Source: a virus (Duplodnaviria; Heunggongvirae; Uroviricota; Caudoviricetes). Taken from it: a DNA stretch of 30,710 nt. The notes beneath the pieces are model-generated. The model saw nothing but the letters and a program-made list of their open reading frames with translations. It was not told where the DNA came from and did no database searches. A program made the position numbers and the translations under genes. Below are positions 17,180 to 24,775 of the stretch, piece after piece (position 1 is the first letter of the stretch; every line of letters starts with the position of its first letter). The stretch is taken from the IMG/VR virus record IMGVR_UViG_2529293040_000025, positions 1-30,710 of that record. The stretch is one strand, 5' to 3'.

Positions 17180-17256
17180 CCGCCATTAGCTCATCGGGAT
17201 AGAGCGTCAGCCTTCGAAGCTGGCTGTGCGGGGTTCAAGTCCCCGATGGCGGTCCA
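17180..17256 (+). tRNA. argN: tRNA-Arg (anticodon TCG)
   Basis: 77 nt; acceptor stem CCGCCAT/ATGGCGG; T-loop TTCAAGT; anticodon loop CTTCGAA; ends CCA. Confidence 0.8.
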
Positions 17257-17269
17257 TTATCAGCATCAT

Positions 17270-17346
17270 GCGTTGTTAGCTCAGTCGGACAGAGCAATTG
17301 CCTTCTAAGCAATCGGTCACTGGTTCGAATCCAGTACAACGCGCCA
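17270..17346 (+). tRNA. argO: tRNA-Arg (anticodon TCT)
   Basis: 77 nt; acceptor stem GCGTTGT/ACAACGC; anticodon loop CTTCTAA; T-loop TTCGAAT; ends CCA. Confidence 0.8.
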
Positions 17347-17436
17347 TATTTATTTACTTGGCTCGCTTTTGCGGGCCTTTTTTTGTATCTGCGTTACACC
17401 ATTAACTAATAAATCGAGTGCTTATCAGGAGGCTAT

Positions 17437-17661
17437 GTGAAAAAACTGATGGTGACGATTGGTCCGTTCGAAACAGAAGTTAGTTTTCGTGTTGTTCAGG
17501 GGGAGAGTGTACTTGTTGAAGATGTATTTCATGGAAAATCAACAGGTCCTTATGTAAAAGAATATCTTATCGACGCCACGGATGAAAATATTGAGGTGGT
17601 GTACGATTCCGTCAATCACCCTGATTTGATCATTAAGGCAAAATTGAAGCCACTTTATTGA
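17437..17661 (+). CDS. small acidic hypothetical protein (74 aa)
   Basis: GTG start 4-5 nt after AGGAGG. Lower GC than the flanks. First gene of a cassette bounded by duplicated terminator-like motifs. Confidence 0.45.
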   Translation: MKKLMVTIGPFETEVSFRVVQGESVLVEDVFHGKSTGPYVKEYLIDATDENIEVVYDSVNHPDLIIKAKLKPLY

Positions 17662-17713
17662 TCTGACCGGGAGCAATCATAAAATATCTCTGGGTACCCA
17701 CAAGGAGATAAAT

Positions 17714-17923
17714 ATGTTTGTTTCTGAAGTGTTAATGGAAGATAAGGACAACAAAGGATGGGTTAAAGGTTGGGCTGTGGTAAGAAGCTCGCCCTGGCAT
17801 CTTGTTGGGGTTTTTGCGACAGAGGAAGACGCAGAAACGGAAGCAAGAAAGATGGGAGATAAGTACGAGGTTCACTATGGCTCGCATCGAACAGGAAGTG
17901 ATGATTTTGTCTGGGGGGAGTAA
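17714..17923 (+). CDS. small acidic hypothetical protein (69 aa)
   Basis: Strong AAGGAG RBS 7 nt upstream; followed by a hairpin and T-run terminator-like motif. Confidence 0.5.
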   Translation: MFVSEVLMEDKDNKGWVKGWAVVRSSPWHLVGVFATEEDAETEARKMGDKYEVHYGSHRTGSDDFVWGE

Positions 17924-18112
17924 CAGTCGTTTAACCCCAGAATAATCCCGTAACTGAGGTCGCTATTGGCGGCCTTTTTTGTATCCGCGCCACGCCCGGC
18001 GCATATCAACCACAGAGCCTTTCGGGGGTGAGCTTACGGAGTGGTCAGTGTGACTTTCTCTGTGGGCAGATCGCTCCCGGGCGTTGGCTCACCCACCCAA
18101 AGGAACGTCACG

Positions 18113-18544
18113 ATGTTTGGTATTTTTGGTAAAAAAGCCCGCCGAGCGGCAGTGGAAATTAAAAAGTTTGAGAAACGTGATCTGGCACAGGCGGTTATTA
18201 ATGCTGCCTATCTGGTGGCCTATGCAGATGGTGAATGTGAGGCTTCAGAGAAAGCGAAGATCGAGCAGATCTTGCGTAACCAGCCTGCGTTGTCCGCGTT
18301 TACGTCAGAAATTAATGCGATTAGCGCAACCATTATCGGTCAGCTGGATACGAACTTTAAAATTGGTCGTCGAGCGGCATTGCGTGAAATTGAAGATGTG
18401 AAACACGATACGCGTGAAGCGGAAGATGTGCTGGATGTGGCGGTGGCCATTGCGGAGGCAGACGGCGAAATTGAGCCGGAAGAGCGCAAGGTGCTGGAAG
18501 AGATTGCCGGTGTTCTGGGTCTTCGTCTGGAGAATCACCAGTGA
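18113..18544 (+). CDS. TerB-like (tellurite-resistance TerB domain) protein
   Basis: Paired AAYLVAYADGECEASEKAKI and AVAIAEADGEIEPEERKVLEEIAGVLGL motifs typical of the TerB fold. Start at ATG 18113 with AGGA RBS; ORF-track start 18041 is an extension. Confidence 0.6.
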   Translation: MFGIFGKKARRAAVEIKKFEKRDLAQAVINAAYLVAYADGECEASEKAKIEQILRNQPALSAFTSEINAISATIIGQLDTNFKIGRRAALREIEDVKHDTREAEDVLDVAVAIAEADGEIEPEERKVLEEIAGVLGLRLENHQ

Positions 18545-18708
18545 CGGTAAAACTGCGCCTGGCTGTGGCTGCACTCCTGCTGTTTCTGGTGGTGATGGTG
18601 GATTTCACCAGCAGAATCATGTCGGTGCTGGCGGATGGGGTGCTGGTCTGCGGCATTGTGGTATTGCTGTGGCCGGTGATAAAAAGAAACAGCCTGCATA
18701 ATGCTTGA
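18541..18708 (+). CDS. small two-helix membrane peptide (55 aa) translationally coupled to the TerB-like gene
   Basis: GTG overlapping the TerB stop (GTGA). Translation VTVKLRLAVAALLLFLVVMVDFTSRIMSVLADGVLVCGIVVLLWPVIKRNSLHNA shows two hydrophobic segments. Followed by a T-run. Below the ORF-track cutoff. Confidence 0.4.
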   Translation: MTVKLRLAVAALLLFLVVMVDFTSRIMSVLADGVLVCGIVVLLWPVIKRNSLHNA

Positions 18709-19022
18709 TTTTTTTATTTGCTGTTTATTAAAAATACTACTGCATGGTGAATCCCCCTGTGCGGAGGGGCGATCAGCAACCAGGTATATGGGATAATCGC
18801 GGATTCAGGTGCTGATACTGAATTCACCGGGAGGCACCCGGCACCATGCTTTGCCGCAAAAGTGTTGTTTCTGTTTTTCTCAAACTATCATCGTTATCCC
18901 TTTATTTCCGGCTGCGCATGGCGTGGCCTTTTTTTTACGACCAGCCACTGGCAGATGGCCATCCTGTAATTTGATTCCGGTTCCGGCTTTTTAACTCTGT
19001 TCCTGTACACGGGAGAAATTCG

Positions 19023-20876
19023 ATGTCGATTAAACATTATGATGTTGTCAGGGCGGCGTCGCCGTCAGACCTTGCGGAAAAGCTGACACACAAACTGAAA
19101 GAGGGCTGGCAGCCGTTTGGTAGTCCGGTGGCCATAACCCCTTATACCCTGATGCAGGCGATTACAGCAGAAGGTGATGTGGTGGTCAGTGGTGCAACTG
19201 AGCCGGATTGGTACTACGTCATCGTACTGGCCGGGCAGTCCAATGCCATGGCTTACGGTGAAGGGCTTCCGCTGCCGGATTCATACGATGCTCCGGATCC
19301 GCGCATTAAACAGCTGGCGCGCCGCAGTACAGTTACGCCGGGTGGGGCTGCATGCAGATATAACGATATTATTCCGGCCGACCACTGCCTGCATGATGTG
19401 CAGGATATGAGTACGCTGAATCATCCGAAGGCAGACCTGAGCAAAGGGCAGTACGGCTGTGTCGGCCAGGGCTTACATATTGCCAAAAAACTGCTCCCGT
19501 ATATCCCGAATAACGCGGGGATCCTGCTGGTACCATGCTGTCGTGGTGGTTCGGCATTCACCCAGGGCGCGGAGGGGACATTCAGTGCGGACACGGGGGC
19601 CAGCCAGGATTCGGCACGCTGGGGTGTGGGTAAACCGTTATATCAGGACCTGATTGCGCGCACTAAAGCTGCATTACAGAAGAACCCGAAAAATGTGTTG
19701 CTGGCGGTGTGCTGGATGCAGGGAGAGTTTGACATGAGCGCCGCCACCCACGCACAGCAACCTGCGCTGTTTACAGCCATGCTGACACAGTTTCGTGCTG
19801 ACCTCTCCGTGTTTAACGCGCAGTGCCATGGTGGCAGTGCTGCAGATGTGCCGTGGATTTGTGGTGACACGACGTATTACTGGAAAAATACATACGCTAC
19901 CCAGTACGACACCGTGTACGGCGGGTATAAAAACAGGGAGAGTGAGGGCGTTTATTTTGTGCCCTTCATGACAGACGGTAACGGCGTCAATACCGCCACT
20001 AACGCACCGGCAGAAGATCCGGATATTCCGGCATCAGGATATTACGGTGCGGCATCGAGAACGAATGGAAACCAGGTATCATCAAACCGCCCGACACATT
20101 TCAGTTCATGGGCGCGCAGGAGCATTATTCCGGATCGTATGGCAACCGCTATTCTGAACGCAGCCGGGCGCACCTCAGCTTTCATCAGTGGTAAGGCACC
20201 GGAAATCAAACCCTCGCCCGGCGGCAACACGCCATCGGGGCCGTCTGAAGATGCATCCGTACGCACAATCTCCCTGTTGCCGACAGCCGGAGAGGCTGCT
20301 GCGCAGGGCTGGACCATTAAGGACGGCGGAATTCAGTTGTCGGGTGGTGTATTTAAGATCGCCAAGCAGAGCAATAAAACCTGGTCCCTGATGCATCCGG
20401 TGGATGACGCAGTCTCCCTGCTGACACGGGGTGGCAGACTGAGCTGTAAGTTTCGACTGTCAGGCGCACTGACCAACAACCAGTTCGGCCTGGGAATTTA
20501 TCTGTATACCGATGTAGCGTTACCTGACGTCGTGGCGATGACCGGGACTGGTAACCCGTTCCTGATGTCGTTCTTCACCCAGACCACAGACGGCAAACTG
20601 AATCTGATGCATCACAAGAAAGCAGGAAACACAAAGTTGGGCGAGTTCGGGAATTACAGTAATGACTGGCAGACGCTGGAACTGGTGTTCACCGCCGGCA
20701 GTGCCACGGTTACTCCGAAACTGAATGGAGTGGCTGGCCCGGCATTCCAGGTCATAAAAGACAGTCTGACACTGGGGCTGAATGCGCTGACGCTGACGGA
20801 TATTACCAAAAATGCAGCGTATGGCGTTGAGATAGAAAGTCTGGTGCTGGAGATAAATGCACCGGCATCATCATAA
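19023..20876 (+). CDS. nanS: prophage sialate O-acetylesterase NanS-p-like (DUF1737 N-terminus plus SASA esterase domain)
   Basis: GQSNAMAYGEG catalytic-serine motif; 617 aa; sits between the tRNA/moron region and the lysis genes, where NanS-p paralogues lie in Stx phages. Confidence 0.75.
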   Translation: MSIKHYDVVRAASPSDLAEKLTHKLKEGWQPFGSPVAITPYTLMQAITAEGDVVVSGATEPDWYYVIVLAGQSNAMAYGEGLPLPDSYDAPDPRIKQLARRSTVTPGGAACRYNDIIPADHCLHDVQDMSTLNHPKADLSKGQYGCVGQGLHIAKKLLPYIPNNAGILLVPCCRGGSAFTQGAEGTFSADTGASQDSARWGVGKPLYQDLIARTKAALQKNPKNVLLAVCWMQGEFDMSAATHAQQPALFTAMLTQFRADLSVFNAQCHGGSAADVPWICGDTTYYWKNTYATQYDTVYGGYKNRESEGVYFVPFMTDGNGVNTATNAPAEDPDIPASGYYGAASRTNGNQVSSNRPTHFSSWARRSIIPDRMATAILNAAGRTSAFISGKAPEIKPSPGGNTPSGPSEDASVRTISLLPTAGEAAAQGWTIKDGGIQLSGGVFKIAKQSNKTWSLMHPVDDAVSLLTRGGRLSCKFRLSGALTNNQFGLGIYLYTDVALPDVVAMTGTGNPFLMSFFTQTTDGKLNLMHHKKAGNTKLGEFGNYSNDWQTLELVFTAGSATVTPKLNGVAGPAFQVIKDSLTLGLNALTLTDITKNAAYGVEIESLVLEINAPASS

Positions 20877-20961
20877 AAAGTGAGCCAGCCAAATGGAAGG
20901 TATCGTTAAACTCACCGGTAGTGTCAGTGGGTCGTCTGAGATGCCTGCATGAGTTATCAGA

Positions 20962-20991
20962 GCCATCAGTACTTAACTGGTGGCTTTTTTT
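20962..20991 (+). terminator. rho-independent terminator between nanS-p and the lysis cassette
   Basis: 8-bp stem GCCATCAG/CTGGTGGC with a 7-nt loop, followed by TTTTTTT. Confidence 0.45.
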
Positions 20992-21026
20992 ATTGCTGTC
21001 AGCTTCCGGATAACGGGAGACGGGGT

Positions 21027-21242
21027 ATGTACCAGATGGAAAAAATCACAACAGGTGTGTCATACACCACGTCAGCGGTGGGAACGGGCTACTGGTTCCT
21101 GCAGTTGCTGGACAGGGTTTCCCCGTCTCAGTGGGCGGCAATAGGCGTGCTGGGGAGTCTGCTGTTTGGGCTGCTGACATATCTGACTAACCTGTATTTC
21201 AAAATCAGAGAGGACCGTCGTAAGGCGGCGCGGGGGGAGTAA
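21027..21242 (+). CDS. S: phage-21-type pinholin/antiholin S (dual start, 71/68 aa)
   Basis: Near-identical to S21 as recalled ([23 protein letters not shown]...[20 protein letters not shown]); Met1 and Met4 dual-start motif; GGGAG RBS. ORF-track start 20949 is an extension running through the terminator. Confidence 0.8.
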   Translation: MYQMEKITTGVSYTTSAVGTGYWFLQLLDRVSPSQWAAIGVLGSLLFGLLTYLTNLYFKIREDRRKAARGE

Positions 21243-21246
21243 AGCG

Positions 21247-21591
21247 ATGAAGAAAAAATACGAACTGGGTGTTAAAGGGATAAATAATTACCCGGATAAG
21301 ATTACTGTTACTGTGGCACTGGAAATTGGTGGGTATCCGTCACTGTTGTTGCCAGATGTGGCGATTAGTCTTGACCGTACTGAAGGTGCCACGCTGGAGT
21401 TTTACGAAGCTGAGGCGAAAAAGCAGGCGAAGCAGTTTTTCATGGATGTTGCTGCCGGGTTATGTGAAGGGGATGGTCCGTTGCCGGAAAAGCGGCCCAT
21501 CATTTTAGAGGCGCAGGATGTGTTGATAACCTACAGAGGAAAACTACCGGGAATAATTACTGGTTCTCTGAAGACTCCACCGCTGGCCTGA
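21247..21591 (+). CDS. hypothetical protein (114 aa) inserted between holin and endolysin
   Basis: Strong GGGGGAG RBS; no family recognised; acidic and soluble-looking. Confidence 0.5.
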   Translation: MKKKYELGVKGINNYPDKITVTVALEIGGYPSLLLPDVAISLDRTEGATLEFYEAEAKKQAKQFFMDVAAGLCEGDGPLPEKRPIILEAQDVLITYRGKLPGIITGSLKTPPLA

Positions 21592-21641
21592 AGACTTAAT
21601 ATATCCAGGGATTTGAAATCGATAAACCCTGATAAATATCC

Positions 21642-22175
21642 ATGAACGCAAAAATCAGATACGGCCTGTCGGCTGCCGTTCTGGCGCTGATTGGTGCAGG
21701 GGCGTCTGCGCCTGAAATCCTCGACCAGTTTCTTGACGAAAAAGAAGGTAACCACACCACGGCATACCGTGATGGTGCGGGTATCTGGACCATCTGCCGC
21801 GGTGCCATCCTGGTGGATGGTAAACCTGTCGTCCCGGGCATGAAGTTGTCGAAGGAAAAATGCGACCAGGTTAACGCCATTGAACGTGATAAGGCGCTGG
21901 CATGGGTGGAGAAAAACATCAGAGTGCCACTGACCGAACCCCAGAAAGCGGGGATTGCGTCATTCTGTCCGTACAACATTGGTCCTGGTAAGTGTTTCCC
22001 GTCGACGTTTTACAGACGAATTAATGCAGGTGATCGCAGGGGAGCGTGTGAGGCGATTCGCTGGTGGATTAAGGACGGTGGCAGAGACTGCCGTATTCGT
22101 TCAAACAACTGTTACGGTCAGGTATCCCGTCGTGACCAGGAGAGCGCGCTGGCGTGCTGGGGTATCGACAGATAA
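21642..22175 (+). CDS. R: SAR endolysin (glycoside hydrolase family 24 lysozyme with signal-anchor-release domain)
   Basis: N-terminal weakly hydrophobic Gly/Ala-rich segment (GLSAAVLALIGAGASA) followed by a T4-lysozyme-like catalytic region (E...D...T triad region); pairs with the pinholin. Confidence 0.85.
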   Translation: MNAKIRYGLSAAVLALIGAGASAPEILDQFLDEKEGNHTTAYRDGAGIWTICRGAILVDGKPVVPGMKLSKEKCDQVNAIERDKALAWVEKNIRVPLTEPQKAGIASFCPYNIGPGKCFPSTFYRRINAGDRRGACEAIRWWIKDGGRDCRIRSNNCYGQVSRRDQESALACWGIDR

Positions 22176-22267
22176 GCAGAATATTTTGCTGAAAAATAAG
22201 GCATGGCCACGCGGGCGGATAACACGAAATCCTGCGAACTGGCGAAACGTAAGTGAATAAAAGTAAA

Positions 22268-22306
22268 AACCCCGTTTGTTGGCACCAAGCGGGGTTTTGT
22301 GTTTCT
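22268..22306 (+). terminator. hairpin terminator-like element after the endolysin gene
   Basis: AAAACCCCG-loop-CGGGGTTTT stem followed by a GT-rich tail. Confidence 0.4.
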
Positions 22307-22331
22307 GACCTTGAGTAAGGCAAGGGAGAAC

Positions 22332-22514
22332 ATGGCGAAGTATAAACGAATTCTGTTGAGGTTGACTATGAAAAATGGCCTTGAACTGAAAGCGCCTGTA
22401 ACTGATGACATCAGCAGAGCACTGGCTTTTGCCATTAAGTGGGTGGCGGTCGGTGTTGCTGTGTCCCCGATGCTGTATGGGCTGGCAAAACTGGTCATTG
22501 CGTTGAAATCGTGA
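22332..22514 (+). CDS. small hypothetical membrane protein (60 aa)
   Basis: AAGGGAG RBS; C-terminal hydrophobic helix ([22 protein letters not shown]). ORF-track ORF 22299-22514 starts earlier. Confidence 0.4.
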   Translation: MAKYKRILLRLTMKNGLELKAPVTDDISRALAFAIKWVAVGVAVSPMLYGLAKLVIALKS

Positions 22515-22528
22515 AGGGAGGATTAAGC

Positions 22529-22660
22529 ATGTCAGACAAACTCATAACGCTGGCGAAGATCCTCTGTGTAATTGTCGGCATTTCATTTTCACTAATGCTG
22601 GTTGCTCTTTTTCTTTCCATGGCCTGGATGATGTTGTCTTCGTCGGGGTTGCTGGGGTGA
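22529..22660 (+). CDS. small hydrophobic peptide (43 aa)
   Basis: Strong GAAGGGAGG RBS; single long hydrophobic segment; its stop overlaps the GTG start of Rz (GTGA). Confidence 0.35.
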   Translation: MSDKLITLAKILCVIVGISFSLMLVALFLSMAWMMLSSSGLLG

Positions 22661-23130
22661 ACATAAACCGAATGCTTTCCGCGTTTATCGTTATTCTGCT
22701 GGTGGCCTGTGGTGCGCTGTGGATGGCAACAGACCATTACCGTGATAACGCGATTACCTACAAAGCGCAGCGCGATAACAAAGCCAGTGAACTGAAGCTG
22801 GCGAACGCAACCATTACTGATATGCAGGTGCGCCAGCGCGATGTTGCTGCGCTCGATGCAAAATACTCGAGGGAATTATCCGATGCGAGAGCTGAAAATG
22901 AAACTCTGCGCGCTGATGTTGCCGCTGGTCGTAAGCGCCTGCGGATCAACGCCACCTGTCCAGGCTCCGTGCGTGAAGCCCCCACCACCTCCGGCGTGGA
23001 TAATGCAACCGGCCCCCAACTGGCAGACACCGTTACACGGGATTATTTCACCCTCAGAGAGCGGCTGATGACGATGCACAAGCAACTGGAAGGGGCACAG
23101 GACTATATCCGCACTCAGTGCCTGAAATAA
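22657..23130 (+). CDS. Rz: Rz i-spanin
   Basis: Strong similarity to lambda Rz ([14 protein letters not shown]...ADAENETLR...[10 protein letters not shown]) as recalled; N-terminal transmembrane anchor. Confidence 0.8.
   Translation: MNINRMLSAFIVILLVACGALWMATDHYRDNAITYKAQRDNKASELKLANATITDMQVRQRDVAALDAKYSRELSDARAENETLRADVAAGRKRLRINATCPGSVREAPTTSGVDNATGPQLADTVTRDYFTLRERLMTMHKQLEGAQDYIRTQCLK
22883..23068 (+). CDS. Rz1: Rz1 o-spanin (lipoprotein, embedded in the +1 frame of Rz)
   Basis: Lipobox (LVVSAC) and proline-rich [14 protein letters not shown] motif as in lambda Rz1. Start could be 22883 or 22898. Confidence 0.7.
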   Translation: MRELKMKLCALMLPLVVSACGSTPPVQAPCVKPPPPPAWIMQPAPNWQTPLHGIISPSESG

Positions 23131-23479
23131 GTTTTGTTGATGCGCCGTATCGTCGCTGTATTCCCTCATTAACAGAGACCGCAGCCCGACAGGGAGACTC
23201 CTCTGCGCGAGTGTGCGGGGATAATCAAAAACGATACACACCGGGGTTTACCGCGTTAACGGAGCGCGGCGTTGTCCCCTCATAGTCGCCTGTCCGGTGC
23301 GATGGTGGAAGAAGCCGGATGTTTATCACTATTAATTGATGACACAGAAATGGATTCATTGAATTTCAGCACGTTTTTGTATTCGTGTTATTGAACATCT
23401 GTTTATTTTACTTTTAACATATTGATAATAAAAAGAGCTGTAAATCTTTAGATGAGTCGATTTTGTCCGGGGAAGTTCA

Positions 23480-23620
23480 AATGGATTTTATGCTGACGGT
23501 TTCTGGTGTGGTTATCCTGTCCATTGCTTATACTGCAGATAAATATGGCTGCCATTTGTTATCACGTATTGGCGCTTATTGTTCGTTGATGCTGATTTTC
23601 TCGTCGCTTTTTTTTGAGTA
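23480..23620 (+). CDS. possible small membrane peptide (46 aa)
   Basis: GGGGAAG RBS 6 nt before the ATG; hydrophobic translation MDFMLTVSGVVILSIAYTADKYGCHLLSRIGAYCSLMLIFSSLFFE; lies in an AT-rich intergenic island. Speculative. Confidence 0.2.
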
Positions 23621-23753
23621 AGTTATATTAATTATAACAAATAATTTTCTGTGTTATTTTTTCAGGCTATCCCGTCAGAGGGGAAGCCTGTACTGCCGGG
23701 GAGCGAATGGAAAACTGATGTGTCCGGTAACTGCGTGTTCTGTGAACACCATG

Positions 23754-23939
23754 TTACTTAATTATGTAATTCATACCCGAACTCTCTGTTGACAGCCTTC
23801 TTCTGCAGGCTTCAATAACCCACGCTGAAAAGTTTCCTGAACCTTTCAGATCAAGAGCGATGTTAATTTGTTCAATCATCTGGTTTGGAAATCGGATGTT
23901 GCGGGTTGTTGTTCTGCGGGTTCTGTTCTTTGATGACAT
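23754..23939 (-). CDS. DUF3950 / YlcI-YnfO-like ribbon-helix-helix protein
   Basis: RNIRFPNQMIEQINIALDLKGSGNFSAWVIEACRRRL resembles the small YlcI-type proteins found just upstream of cos and terminase genes in E. coli lambdoid prophages; GGGGA RBS. Confidence 0.55.
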   Translation of the reverse strand: MSSKNRTRRTTTRNIRFPNQMIEQINIALDLKGSGNFSAWVIEACRRRLSTESSGMNYIIK

Positions 23940-24145
23940 AATGTTTCCCCATATTCAGTGTTGCTGATTTGTATTATCTGAAGTTGCTTTTACGTTAATT
24001 TGACGCAGATCAATTAATACGATACCTGCGTCATAATTGATTATTTCTCGTGGTTTGATGGCGTACACACATGTTGTGATAAACCTTATATAGATGATAA
24101 TCATTATCATTTCGTGGGTCCTTTCCGGCGATCCGACCGGTTACG

Positions 24146-24157
24146 GGGCGGCGACCT
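24146..24157 (+). other. cos site: lambda-type 12-nt cohesive end GGGCGGCGACCT
   Basis: Sequence GGTTACG-GGGCGGCGACCT-CGCGGGTTTTCGCTATTTATGAAAATTTT matches the lambda genome termini as recalled; it lies about 70 nt upstream of the Nu1-like gene. Confidence 0.75.
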
Positions 24158-24226
24158 CGCGGGTTTTCGCTATTTATGAAAATTTTTAGGGAAAAATCAG
24201 ATCCTTTCTGGTTCCCGGGGGAGTGT

Positions 24227-24775
24227 ATGAACGTCAATAAGAAAAAACTGGCCGATATTTTTGGCGTTGATGTCAGGACCATCACCGCCTGGCAGAGTCA
24301 GGGGTTACCACTAGTTTCTGGTGGAGGGAAAGGGACTGAATCAGTTTTTGATACAACTGCTGCCATTCAGTGGTATGCGCAGAGGGAAGCTGATATTGAA
24401 AACGAAAAACTCCGTAAAGAGAGCGAGGATTTGAGGGCTGCCAGCGAATCAGACCTTCAGCCCGGCACCATTGATTACGAACGTTACCGACTGACGAAGG
24501 CACAGGCCGATGCACAGGAGCTGAAAAATGCTCGTGAGGAAGGCCTTGTCCTCGAGACGGAGTTATTTACCTACATCTTTCAGCGAGTGGCACAGAATAT
24601 ATCAGGGATCCTTGTCCGTGTCCCTCAGACACTGCAGCGTAAATACCCTGATATATCACCCGCACATCTTGATGCTGTGAAAACTGAAATCGCGAAAGCA
24701 TCCGATGTGGCTTCTGAAGCCGGTGAGAATGTGCGCAGGTGGATTGATGATTTCAGACGAACTGAGGGCGGCTAA
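24227..24775 (+). CDS. nu1: terminase small subunit (lambda Nu1-like)
   Basis: [36 protein letters not shown]... is closely similar to lambda Nu1; GGGGGAG RBS. ORF-track start 24176 is an extension. Confidence 0.85.
   Translation: MNVNKKKLADIFGVDVRTITAWQSQGLPLVSGGGKGTESVFDTTAAIQWYAQREADIENEKLRKESEDLRAASESDLQPGTIDYERYRLTKAQADAQELKNAREEGLVLETELFTYIFQRVAQNISGILVRVPQTLQRKYPDISPAHLDAVKTEIAKASDVASEAGENVRRWIDDFRRTEGG

Noticed and set aside
17347-19022. Shiga toxin genes stxA/stxB expected after the tRNA trio
   Set aside because: No ORF here resembles StxA (about 315 aa with a signal peptide) or StxB (about 89 aa); the slot is occupied by unrelated small genes and a TerB-like gene.
20949-21026. Upstream extension of the holin ORF
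   Set aside because: The extension runs through a hairpin terminator and has no RBS; the phage-21-type dual start with a GGGAG RBS is at 21027.
24031-24285. 84-aa minus-strand ORF overlapping cos and the Nu1 start
   Set aside because: It spans the cohesive-end site and terminase-binding leader, has no RBS, and has a non-protein-like composition.
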